Shown in pieces: positions 12,466 through 24,930 of a stretch of DNA of 64,000 nucleotides. This DNA comes from Octopus sinensis (taxonomy: Eukaryota), in NCBI RefSeq assembly GCF_006345805.1, contig NC_042999.1, positions 164,610,001 through 164,674,000 on the forward strand, in the 5' to 3' direction. The notes under the pieces were generated by a model that was not told where the DNA came from, made no database searches, and saw nothing but the letters and a program-made list of their open reading frames with translations. The position numbers were made by a program, and so were the translations under genes. Every line of letters starts with the position of its first letter. Position 1 is the first letter of the stretch.

Positions 12466-12889
12466 ACCAATATTCATATTACACAATGACAATATTATTC
12501 TTAGCCTCAAGTTGGCTCTCGGAAAACAGATCTATGATTAAAGGCATTTCAATGGCAATCTAAATCTCTCATCTTTTATTCAGACAAAGTGTATCTGGAG
12601 CTACATCATTCAATACATTTTCTCAAAGTTTAAGAGTAGAATGTGATTTCAGGCAGTTTTGGTTGCAATGACCATCATGAATCTGTTAGGCCATAATTTT
12701 ATACAGCAACAATGTTGATGAAAATTTGTAATATGATCTCAGCATTTCCTTGTAGAGCATTCCTACCCATGAGTGTCACTCCTAATAGTAAGATTAACTG
12801 AGTTGGAGTTATACACATGTATTTGACTTTTACAATATAAGCATCAACTACAAATAACACTATTTACTTAGACAGGCACATACATGTAT

Positions 12890-13075
12890 ATGTATATACA
12901 TACACACACACATCACACTCTTCCTTTGGTTTCCATCTATCAAATCCATTCGCAAAGATTTGGTTGGCCTAGGGCTACAGTAGAAGACACTTGCCCAAGA
13001 TGCTATACAGTGGGACAGAATCTGAAACCATGTGGTTGGGAAGCAAACTTCTTACCACACAGCCACACCTAAGAC
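12890..13075 (-). mobile_element. SINE family A, 5' half
   Basis: Head motif catgtggttgggaagcaaacttcttaccacacagccac. Confidence 0.75.
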
Positions 13076-14482
13076 CGAAGGGTCTCATGCTGGTTTCTAC
13101 AATGAGTGTTTCTGATTTTTAAACAAGAGATCCATTCACTAATTGCATGTAAAGAGTCGAGTGTTTCAAAGTCACATGCATCATTTACAATTTTTAGGCA
13201 GATTTAGTATAACAGTGTGTATGACAAAGCTTGTTATCTACAATCCATCTACATATTTTCCAATGGAAATCCACAGTTTCACCTCGAACCATTTCTCTTA
13301 TAACTCTGACCAGCTTGAGGCTATCATAAAAGATACATGCAGAGAGTGCACAACGGAATTGAATGCAGGTGTCCATGTTTGTGAAGCAAACTTCTAACCT
13401 TTCAACCATCTCTGATCACACACACACACACCCTATAATGTAAGGACCTTAGTACATCAATATAACAGATAGAAATGAAGTTGGATGAACCTGCAATAGG
13501 AAGGTGGGGGTGTGGTGCAATGTGTAACTCCTACAAGAGTGTTAGTTCAGTGAAAAATGGGGTAAATGGAAAAGAGGAGAAGGAGGTTTAGGGGATGTTA
13601 ACCACAAGGTATTTCGAAGATGGTTTTTAGCTAATGAATACTATAGAATATGAAGTGTTGAACACAAAGCTAAATTTCTGGAAAAGTTATTGCAGACACT
13701 GAACTATTCATCATTTAGACCTAGAGTCATATGAATGTTAGTACAATCACAAATACTGTGGAAAACCTCTAGCAGACAGTTAACAAATTTGATAATTATA
13801 CTCAAATTAGGAATAACCTAGAGTCTTTTTCTCTGATGAATTCTATTTGTAGCATATTATTACCTGATGAAGCCAGAAGCAAATATGATAAATAATCCAG
13901 GTGTCGAAGGAACGTGTTAACGTACAATTTATTCACTGCTCTGAGTGTTGAAGAGAAGCTTGATGACAGATGTGTTATGGCTTTTTTAAGAAAAAACATT
14001 AGCAATCTAATAAGAAACCTTAATAAAATGTAAAAAAACTAAGATGCAAACTACATTATTTAGGAGAAATTGTAAAAACATTTGATTTGTAAAATCCATC
14101 CATCAACATACTCTAACCACTCAAACACTGACTCACAAACACACTACAACCACAGCAAGCACATGGCTGTGCTTTTTCTCCTCCATAATTCTTTTGCCAT
14201 TACTATAACAGTCTCTACTCTCTGAAATAGGAAGTCGTAAGCTACTTTCGTCATAGTTTTATATGGTTTCTCCCTTCTTTTGTTATCCCTTCTGTCTCCT
14301 ACCTACCAAATTCCACACTATAATATTTCGTTCCCTATATTTTCTATCAAGAATTGTAGTGTTCAGGAACTGAACATCAACCACACTGGTTTCAACAACC
14401 ACAGAGAGGGGAGGGGGACAGTGGCACTGCCTAGCTTTTCTGATTAAAAGAAAAAATTAACTGAAGATATTATATTGAGGTA

Positions 14483-14871
14483 GGCGCAGGAGTGGCTGTG
14501 TGGTAAGTAGCTTGCTAACCAACCACATGGTTCCGGGTTCAGTCCCACTGCATGGCATCTTGGGCAAGTGTCTTCTGCTATAGCCCCGGGCCGACCAATG
14601 CCTTGTGAGTGGATTTGGTAGACGGAAACTGAAAGAAGCCCGTCATATATATGTATATATATATGAGTGTCTGTGTTTGTCCCCCTAGCATTACTTGACA
14701 ACCGATGCTGGTGTGTTTATGTCCCCGTCACTTAGCGGTTCGGCAAAAGAGACCGATAGAATAAGTACTGGGCTTACAAAGAATAAGTCCCGGGGTCGAT
14801 TTGCTCGACTAAAAGGCGGTGCTCCAGCATGGCCGCAGTCAAATGACTGAAACAAGTAAAAGAGTAAAGAG
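14483..14871 (+). mobile_element. Full-length young SINE family A
   Basis: A box gtggctgtgtggtaag, B box gggttcagtccc, internal TA tract, tail gaaacaagtaaaagagtaaaga. CpGs are retained. Confidence 0.92.
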
Positions 14872-14975
14872 GTAACTTAGATGAAGTAAGTAGGACAATC
14901 AAGCAATATGTGAATAGGATACAGTTCAAGTATCATGGAGTGTTAGGACTGGATGACTGGTAACATTTGACCTTA

Positions 14976-15375
14976 TCTCTCTATATATACATAAAGCTGA
15001 AGCTGTCTGTATATGGCAGGTTTGGTAGCCTTCAACTAACACTATCTCCTCCAAGACCCTGCAGCACAAGTTGACCAAAATTGAAAGTATGATAGAAGAA
15101 AGCTTGCTCTTCCTTCCATAGAAGAAAAATTTTAAATTGGACCATGTTAACACCAAAAATTATTTACATCAAAAAGGTGCATTTTTTCTATGAAAATTGC
15201 TATTTTTTAATGATTTTTTGACTGCTTTGAATACACCATTTTTCGGTGTATTTCAACCAGAAAAATGTTCACTTACAGAGAATAACAAGCTACATAATGC
15301 AAAATTTTTACTTTTCAAAAATTGCAATTCTAAAGGATTGAAACAAACCCAAGCAACGCCAGGCGCTACTGCTAG
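14976..15375 (+). mobile_element. Non-autonomous Helitron
   Basis: Starts A|TCTCTCTATATATA and ends in a GC-rich hairpin remnant followed by ctgCTAG|T. Same family as 44041-44399. Confidence 0.8.
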
Positions 15376-16130
15376 TTCATAGATAAAATTGAAACTATCC
15401 AAACCCTTTAAAGCAAATCAGTCTTAATTTTTATCTGTATTAGCAAAGCCTAATTTTAGTGTAACACAGTTAAGCTGGTAGTCACATAGAAATACAAAAT
15501 AAATTCTTGTTGATAACAACTTAGCAATTCACTATTATTCCAAGATCAATAGATCAAGTACCAGTAACAGAACCCAGAATACTATTTAGGAGTGACATAG
15601 TTGTACACATATGGTAGTGATTCACTATTAAAGAGAAGAGAATCCCTTCTAGGTTAAATTTAATTTAGAGAATCGGCATTGTTGATTTTTAATTTTTAAT
15701 TTCTTTTTCTTACATAGAGTTCTTAATTTTTTCCTTCTCTCTTTAGTAACCATGTACAGTAAAGTTTTATACTCCTTTGGAATCATCAAGCATAGCATAA
15801 CTTGAGGCACAAATTAATTTAGGTAAATTCACTATTTTACAAATTTTCTTAAAAAAGAGATAAGATAGAAGATAGTTCACAGCTTTAAAAAATATTTCAT
15901 TTTTCTTTTTTGCATCCTAAATCTTTAACAGTTTAGCAATAGAGAAAAGGGAAAGAGTCCTTTGAATAATAAGTGCCTAAAGGTGTGCTGTCTATTCATT
16001 TCTAACGATATCTTGTGGTGGTTTTAATGGCATGCTGCAATGACTCTAAAATCTTCACTTTTTTTAAATACTGTTTTAGTTTAACAAGAGAAACAATAAC
16101 AAAATATATAGAAGGAAAACAATGACTTAC

Positions 16131-16239
16131 CATCACATTTGAAGCCTTGATGAATCAGCCCATAGAGTAGCGAGCCGCAATGGTCACAGAAAGTTGGGCT
16201 ACCATATGAATGCACTTTGAATCTATGAAGTTTGGTAGC
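16131..16239 (-). CDS. PKC: Internal exon of conventional protein kinase C (cPKC, Aplysia Apl I / PRKCA-B-G type), C1B domain
   Basis: Translates [36 protein letters not shown]+G, matching the cPKC C1B motif [32 protein letters not shown]. Acceptor tttgtcttctctAG, donor GTaagt, 109 nt, phase 0 in and phase 1 out, like vertebrate PRKCA exon 4. Confidence 0.96.
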
Positions 16240-16865
16240 CTAGAGAAGACAAAATTTAAAAATAAATCTATCGTAAAAGTAATGGAGAAGTGATGTTTCT
16301 TTTCGCATTTTCTTTTAAATTGAAGCAAGAGTATTTCTGAAATTATGTACACAGCTTTCATTTGGGTACGTTAATAATGAAAGAAAAATATTGGTAATTT
16401 ATGTTGGCTAAATTTGGTTTCAGCATAATAGGTTGACAAACATAAGCATATAATTATAAATTCAATATATGAAGTAAATTAAAACCTGCTTTGGCAGATA
16501 AAAATGGTTTTATTTTTATCTACTACAACTCTTTTCATCCCCTCCTTCCATCATTCATTCTTTCTAGACAGGGAGGGGGGTGAGACAGACAAACAAAGAG
16601 AGTAAGACGGAGGCAGAGATCCATTAATTCATTTTTGTTCATACATTTGGGTTCAACTTTCATAAAATATTCATGGCTAGCCCAGTCCTTGATGGTCAGA
16701 TGTTAACACTATCTTGATTTATTCAATTCCCAGATGTAAAACAAATGTTTGATGATGAAAAGACTCATTGTAGCTTTTGTTATAAATATATTTGATTAAC
16801 CATCTCTAGAAAACAGGCACTTGGTTTTCTTCTCCTCTGTTGCTTGGCTTAACAAAAAGATCAAG

Positions 16866-16897
<32 letters not shown>

Positions 16898-17149
16898 TTA
16901 TAGTTATGGCTGGGAACCAATATCAATGTTAACTTTTTACAGCTGCAAATTTGAGGTTCCCAAACTTCCAAGACAGCAACTCTGAGTTAATAGTTTCTTT
17001 ATTCAAAGTAGTAACAATTAAAAAATTAATACGAATAGATAAATAACAAACTGTAGGGTTACATCCATTGAGTGCCTTCTTTAATTCAATTCATAGACTA
17101 ACAATTTTAATGAATGAAATCAATAAAACATTTCTCTCTACATATAGGT

Positions 17150-17520
17150 ACAGGCTTGGCTGTGTAGAAAGAAGCTTGCTTCACAACTAAATGGTTCTAG
17201 GTTCAGTCCTATTGCATGGCATGTTGAGTAAGTGTCTTCTACTATAGCCTAGGGCCGACCAAAGTCTAGAGAGTGGATTTGGTAGACAGAAACTGGAAGA
17301 AACCTGTTGTACATATAAATATATATGTGTGTGTGTGTGTGTGTATTTGTGTCTGTGTTTATCTCTCACCACTACTTGGCAACTGGCATTTGTGTTTATG
17401 TCCCCATAACTTAGCAGTTCGGCAAAATATACAGATAAAATAGTACCAAGCTTTAACAAATAAAGTGCTGGGGCTGATTCATTTGACTAAGAATGTCTCA
17501 AGGTAGTGCCCCAGCTCCAC
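17150..17520 (+). mobile_element. SINE family A
   Basis: Similar to 14483-14871. Confidence 0.8.
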
Positions 17521-18048
17521 AGGTTTTTATTTATTTATTCTTATTAACCCTACAAAGAAAGGATGGTCATGAGTCAACTGTCTTTAACGAGAGGGCTGCT
17601 GAATCAGGGCTCATCTGGAGCTAAACAAAAACAATATCATTACAACTACCAATGCTAACTATTATAGTCACTAATAATAATAATTATAGTCGCTAATACC
17701 TGAAATGAAGAGTCACTATAAACCATAGTGGGTGTAAGCGTATATCTATTGCACCATACATCTTTATGCAGCTATTCCATTTCTTTTTTATACACATAAC
17801 AAATTGTTCAGTACATATGTTGAATACAACTATTCCCTGCAGTTAATATCAAAATAATTTACTAAAAAATTCAATGTGTGTGTGTGTGTGTGTGTGTATA
17901 GATTAGTAAATATCGATAAAGCAATTTAGATTTCTGTAATAGTTCTGAGATACAAAAGTGGCCACACAATGAAACAGACAAACAAATTGATAGCTGGATA
18001 GATTTCATTGGGGTAAAGAATGATAACAGAGTACAATCTGGCTTAAAT

Positions 18049-18097
<49 letters not shown>

Positions 18098-18654
18098 TGT
18101 GTGTGTGTGTATATATATGTGTGTGTGTGTGTGCACACACAAATACATCCACACACATACACATGTATATATCATCATCATCATAGTTGTTTTACCATCT
18201 ACTCTTCCATACTTGCATGTATCAGCCAGAGTATACTGAGGCAGATCTTCTACAACTAGATGCCCCTCCTGCCACCAACCCCCACCTGTTTCCAAGCAAC
18301 GTAAATATTACCCCGTGGTCAGACATGTTTTCACATGATGCTGCTTTTTGACAGTGACACTCATTTACAACTAACATAATGTCAAGACAAGGAGACACAA
18401 ACACATACTTAGGGATTTTTAACACAATGTTTACCTGCTATTATTTATAACTTTATCAACTTCAAGTTCAACTGCTAAAAATGAATTTTTTTCAATTATA
18501 TGAATGTATACGAATGTATGTATACACACACATATGTGTATATATATATATATATATATACATGCATATACACATATGTATATATATACACACACACACA
18601 TATATACACATGTATACACACACACACATATATACACATGTATACACACACATA

Positions 18655-19450
18655 TACATGGAAAAATGTAAGCAAGAGAAATAATATTCTCAAGATTATA
18701 AACCAGAAAAAAAAAACAGGACAACTTATTACATCTTGTAAAGTACAGAACAAGAAAGATTTTTACTTAAAATATTGCAGTTAAGGATAAAATTTCAAAT
18801 AAAATATTTAGATTTAGAAAATATTGGCTTTTATTAAAACTAAAAATTTTATTACAAGTTATTACTTGTATTTGTTTGCACTTTAAAAAAATGCATTTTT
18901 AAAAAAATTATTAATTAATAATTAGAAATTTGAATATAGGTTATAAGAAATAATAGTAGTATATATATTTAGTTAGTACAATAAATAAAATAATACAAAC
19001 ATTAGTTATATATTACAGTAAAATCTACCTATAACAAATAATTCACAAAAAAATTTGCTTGAGTTATTGCCTAAAATATTACCAAGTCTTCACATTTTTA
19101 GTCTTGACCCAATGCCTATTTTTTACAAAATGAATTTGCCTACCAGATATACTATTCTCCTTTGCAATAAAACTTAAGCTATATTGGTACTTCTGGCTCT
19201 CATTTTTAAGTATTCTAGTGTGTCAATATTTTAACAAAATGATAGTACCTATTTTAATTATAATGTTACTTTTTATTATTCAAATTTTATCCTTAGCTGC
19301 AATGTTTTAAGTAAAAATTTTCTTGTTCTGTACTTTACCAGATGTAATAATTTGTCCTGAATTTTTCCAATTCTAATAACTTCTTCTGTAATTTTTTCCA
19401 GGTTTATAATCTTAAGAATATTATTTCTCTTGCTTGCATTTTTCCATGTA
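18655..19450. mobile_element. Decayed AT-rich fold-back/MITE-like element
   Basis: 18655-18802 matches the reverse complement of 19276-19450 (roughly 85% by eye, one ~30-bp gap). Confidence 0.65.
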
Positions 19451-20159
19451 ATCCATGTTTTTTCCAGGGCTATGCTATTACGCTAATTAATAATGTGTCA
19501 AATGTGTTAGTTGGCAGTGTCATTGATAATTTTTTCCTTACCTCAATGATACCAGTGACATATTAAAAGTCCTCTTATAGAACTATAGTCATAAAAAAAG
19601 TATGGAACTATACTATCACCCACAAATTTGAGAAACAAACGCTCATAACTTCTTTCTTTTAAAACTTCATTGCAAGAGATTGATACCATGAAATTCCCTG
19701 AATTGACCTCTATCATTTAAGCTTAATAAAAATATAGTTTGTTTTTAAAATAAAAAAGTTAATTATACTTAAATCCAATTTTTTGCCTAACTTATAGGTT
19801 TTTTCATGATATTTTACCTCACAACTATTTTGATACAAATTTTTGTTGCATGAGATCAAAACTATGAAATTCTTCATGCTTTCTTCTATCATTGAAGCTA
19901 AAATAAATATATTTTGCTTTTAAAATAAAAAAAGTTATTTAGATCTAAACTTGATTGGAGGTGTTACTTACTCTCCTATAACATTGCTACTAATTTTGAT
20001 GTAGACTTTTTTTTACTGGATCAAATCTCAATTTTTTTATGCCAAAAATATTAACAGTTTTCAATTTGGTTAGAACTGCACTACTGACAAGTTCTGAAAG
20101 ATGATGCATGTGAGTAAATTGTGGCCTTAAGAATATTATTCATCTACTACAGTAGTTGA

Positions 20160-20274
20160 TTGATATACACATATGTGTGTGTGTGTGTGGGTGTGTGTGT
20201 GTATATATATATATACACATACATATATACAAACATTTACATATATATACATGTATATATATATACATATATAT

Positions 20275-20307
<33 letters not shown>

Positions 20308-20452
20308 CATATACTTACATATATACATATACACAAATATACATATATATATATATATACACACACACTTATACAGATATACATATATATACACATATAT
20401 AGAGATACACACACACACACATATATATATATACACACACACATATACATAC

Positions 20453-20498
<46 letters not shown>

Positions 20499-20599
20499 TA
20501 TATACACACACACTTATACAGATATACATATATATACACATATATAGAGATACACACACACACACACATATATATATATACACACACACATATACATAC

Positions 20600-20668
<69 letters not shown>

Positions 20669-20680
20669 TATATATAATGG
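20160..20680. repeat. (CA)/(TA) compound microsatellite with internal duplication
   Basis: Direct reading. Confidence 0.9.
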
Positions 20681-20840
20681 CTTCTTTCAGTTTCCATTTA
20701 TCAAACCCACTCCCAAGGGTTTAGTTGGCCAAGAGTTATAGTAGGAAACTCTTGCTCAAGTTGCTGTGCAGTGGAACTGGACCCAAGACTGCAATGGTGG
20801 GGAAGCAACCTTCTTAATCACACAACCTTGCCTGTGGCTT
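20680..20840 (-). mobile_element. SINE family A, 5' half
   Basis: Head similarity to family A. Confidence 0.7.
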
Positions 20841-20868
20841 GTGATATGTGTGTGTGTGTGTGTGTGTA

Positions 20869-21762
20869 TTGGGTCATCCCATAAATAATGCGTTTCTTTT
20901 ATACTTTCTTTGTTTTTCAAAACTAAGATATGTTTTTTTTAAAATCTGAAATATACTCTCCTTCATTTTCTACTATGTTCTTCCATCTACCTGGTTGACT
21001 TGAAAGGCCCCTCTTCCAAAATTCACTTGTTTGTGATGGAAAATACTCCTTCAGTACTGTTTTGACCTCTACAGAATTCATATTTTCTCTGTCCAAATGA
21101 TTTTGAAGACTGCAGAATAAATGATAATGAGATGGGGCAATGTCCAGCGAATATGGTGGGTGGGGCATCATTTCCCACTCAAACTGCTCCAGTCTTTGGA
21201 ATGTCATCCTTGCTGTATGTGGCTGAGCATTGTCCTGATGGAAGAACACCTTCTGTCTAGAAACCAACGATGGTCATTTTTCTTCAAGCACTGACTTAAG
21301 CCACCCAAGCTGCTCACAGTAGATCTCCTTTGATATCATTTGGTTTCAGTTTAAAAGTTCAATGGGGACTAAACCTTTCATATCCCACCAAACAGATAAC
21401 AACACATTACGTGGGTGAAGACCTTCTTTAGCCTGGGGTGCCAGTGTTTCTACTTTCCCTATCCACTGTCTTCGGCACTTGACATTTTTATAGAGAACCC
21501 ATTTCTCATCACCAGTCACTATTCAGTCCAAAAACAGTTCATTCATGAGACATGTGTGTGCAATTAAACTCAGAAAATTTGTGAGGAACTCATTGACCCA
21601 ATTTGAAAAAACAACTGTTAAAATCAAACTGCACTCTTCAAAAGTTGCACTAAGAATAATGCAAAATTACTACCTGCTTTGATACAGGCAGCTTATCCTG
21701 TCCCCCTCTGACTTTTAGTCCATGCAATTGAAAAAAACTGCATTATTTATGGGATGACCTAA
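20869..21762 (-). mobile_element. Internally deleted mariner (DD34D) transposon
   Basis: 24-bp TIRs ttgggtcatcccataaataatgcg / tgcattatttatgggatgacctaa, with TA on the left flank. The minus strand encodes RIVTGDEKW (about 21498-21523) and QDNA...HPPYSLDIAPSHYHLF, with 34-residue spacing and the third Asp changed to His. Confidence 0.93.
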
Positions 21763-23129
21763 TCATCTTCATCATCATCGTTTAGCGTCCACTTTCCATG
21801 CTAGCATGGGTTGGACTCCTAATATATATGTAAATTATTAAGGTGACTTTTTACAAGGTACAAGTATAGTCGTCACTACTGTGATTAAAGGTGCTACTCA
21901 GCACCAGCATTGCTAGAAGTAAGTGTCAAAACAACTCTTAGCCATGGGCAAGCACTTATCTAATGACTGACAAAGGAGACAAGTTCCCTACAAAAAGCAA
22001 GACAGAGCCAGACCATTGATGATTTCAAATTTGATTAATCCTCATCAGTGACTCTTACCCAGTTGCTGACTTTATTATATATATATATATCAACGCATCA
22101 CCTCTTTCTGTCATTTTCTTTTAAAAGTTAGACTCTGAAATGATTCGGTTTTATACATAGGGAGGTGGCATATGAGTTGTCCTAAATTTTTGACTGGTCG
22201 CAGTACATTCTGGCAGTTTTAAAATTTTCAGAAACACTAGCATGTATATGGGATGTTTGGACAAATTTGATGATTTTTTTTATGCCTCCCTTTTCAAGAA
22301 CAGCTTTATGTATTGGTGAACAGTCAACGGCATTGGAGAGCATAAAGATTATGGCTAAGTGAATTTCTTATAGACTGTGGTCATACCCTGACTGTTTCTG
22401 TTGGAAGGTCATTTATGTGACAGCAGGATTAGGCTCCTTGCCATACCTCCAGAAAGAGTCGGAAATAATGATTCTCTACAGGTCTTACACTGAACTGTTA
22501 TTGAGAGCTAATCTCTGGGATATAGATATTCTATAAGCACTCTTGTCCTAGACTATATCAAGTTAATTAATAAGAAGTTCTTTACTAAATATGTCTAATC
22601 CTAAATTTTATGCATACTTTGTGTCACTTCTTACACCAATATTATTTTATTAACACAGGCAATGATATAACAACACCATCACAATACGATATATGTATAT
22701 TATGGAAGTATTTTAATACTAAACACAAAAATCTTATGTCACTATAACAACACAGTTATAGCAGTGTATTAAGGAAAAAAGGAGCTGTCAGCATTATTTG
22801 TATCAAATGTTAACTAGCATGAAAAGCAAAGTAGATGAAAATTGAGAGAGCAAGTGGCCATTGAGGATGATAGCAAAAGTACAAACAAAAATACAAGTTA
22901 CACAAAACACAGCTCTTCAATAGCTACAGGTCATCATCACAAAATGGCAGCTGAAAACCATCTATTTTAAGAGACAAAAATGCTCAGAGTATAAGCACAC
23001 TCATAATCTTTTTGTCTCACAATACATAGTCCAATGTTACAACAGAAGTCACCTATATCCATGAAGATCTTCAAACTTAGATTACAAATGAAAAATGAAG
23101 GTAACTCTATTAAGAAATTTCAAGAAAAT

Positions 23130-23350
23130 CTCAAGCAATGACTGTTGTAGTGAAACAGATCCAGAAATTGTGAACATATGTCCAAGTTGCAATGGCATTC
23201 CATATAATGACCCACATTTGTTCCATTGCACAGCTAACCTCTCTAATCTAAATATACTGGACCAATGGAACAACCCTAAGAAAGTGGTGGAATGATTTTA
23301 ACTGGGATTGCAACATTGAATTTCAATTGGAGTAATTCTCACAACAACAA
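23130..23350 (+). mobile_element. 3' end of a non-LTR retrotransposon with a C-terminal CCHC knuckle remnant
   Basis: Encodes ICPSCNGIPYNDPHLFHC...LDQWNNPKKV* followed by a (CAA)n tail. Confidence 0.6.
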
Positions 23351-24519
23351 GAATGAGCACTGATACATGCAGGACTGGTCCCTGACCCATTCTAATACTT
23401 TAGCCTCTCAACACCTGACACAAAGCCATCTTCCTTGATACTATAACTCCACTCTGTTAAGGGGTCTTGTCTTATTTGATAGTCTCACTATGCCAGTACC
23501 CCAAAGGAAGTACCCGATATATTCTACAAAGTGGTTGGTTTCTGTGGCTGGATACCCTTCCTAACACAAATGCAATATTCAGGTTCGTCAGATCCTGCTG
23601 AACTTTCTAACCCATGCCAACATGGAATACATGTGTTAAATGATGGTGATAATGCAAGAGAGATGATTGTGCTGGTCAAGACTAGAGATATGAATGGACA
23701 ATGTATGCTGCAAGAAGTGCTGTGGCATGTGAGGGTTCATGTGGCAGAAAAATACTAAGGAAGATGTGTAAAGGGGTGGTAAGGTAAGGCTTGTCTCAAA
23801 GACACTACCAAATGAAGCATGCTCACAGAGATGGAATTGTAAGCAGGACACACTAAACATACAGCATCATTAAGACTTTTAAATAAAGATTGCTACAGAA
23901 AGACTAGACATGATATGAAAACTTCTATATTTATAAATATTAGCCAGCTAAAAATAACAGTCAAATGTTTAACAAGTCAAACCAACCAACTAAAAAGATG
24001 TCATAACAAAAAATTCAGAAAATCTTAAAATATAGTCTACTCTTGTTCTTTAGTTTTATAAAAGATGTAGTTAATGTTGGTTAGAACAAGTTGTATTTGT
24101 ACACTGGTGACTCAGAGTTACTTGTACCAATAAAAGAGATTTAAGCCAATTGGATAGATTCTCTGCAGTAGCTCAACCAACATGAAATAGCAACCAAATC
24201 TCTCTCAAATCACATCCTATTATCTTTAAAAAGGTAGGAGACATTGGAAAATGTAACTCACAAAATCTCTAAAAGAAAAGAAAAAAAAAAACCAAACAGA
24301 AGCATTCATCCAAAAATGCCTTTGATTGCATACCTGTGAAATCAAGGTTGGCCTAAAGCTAAACACTGGCAGTGAGAGGACAGAATGACTTAGAGGTAAC
24401 CGATTTCAACATAGACCTTATTAGGATGAATGAGAAAACAGAATTAAAGCATTGATTGACTTACGGGAACTTTCTATGGAATTAACATATCTGGTTCATG
24501 TATGAACATCTTTTATCTC

Positions 24520-24930
24520 TCATCTTTTAATTGTTTCATTCATTAGACTGTGGTCATGCTGGAGCACTGCCTTGAAGAATTTTATTTAAATAAATCAAAC
24601 CCAACACTTAATTTTTTAAACCTGGTACATCTTCTATGGGTCTCTTTGCTGGACTACTAAGTTACGGGGATGTAAACACACCAACACCAGTTGTCAAGAG
24701 GAGGTGGGGCACAAATGCAGACACAAAGATACACACACACACACACACATCTATATATACACAATGCACTTGCTTCAGTTTCTGTCTATTAAATCGACTC
24801 ACAAGGCTTTGGTCAGCCTGAGGCTACAGTAGATGACACTTGCCCAAGGTGCCATGCAGTGTGACTGAACCCAGAACCATGTGGTTAGGAAGCAAACTTC
24901 TTACTGCACAGGCACACCTGTGCCTATAAA
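24520..24930 (-). mobile_element. SINE family A
   Basis: Similar to the reverse complement of 14483-14871. Confidence 0.8.

Larger units (their letters stand above)
1..16130 (-). other. Inferred downstream PKC intron (>16 kb)
   Basis: The expected next exon (CDMNVHKRC...HTERRGRI) was not found by eye. Confidence 0.55.

Noticed and set aside
13864-14006. 143-nt minus-strand AG...GT segment as next PKC exon
   Set aside because: In the PKC frame it reads DC-stop, the open frame has no recognisable homology and the acceptor is weak. At most a poison-exon candidate.
14483-14560. tRNA genes at SINE heads (also at about 7900, 58500 and 61190)
   Set aside because: No complete cloverleaf, and each continues into a SINE body.
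22159-22291. Possible MITE with agggagg...cctccct ends
   Set aside because: The terminal match is about 10 bp with a gap, which is too weak.
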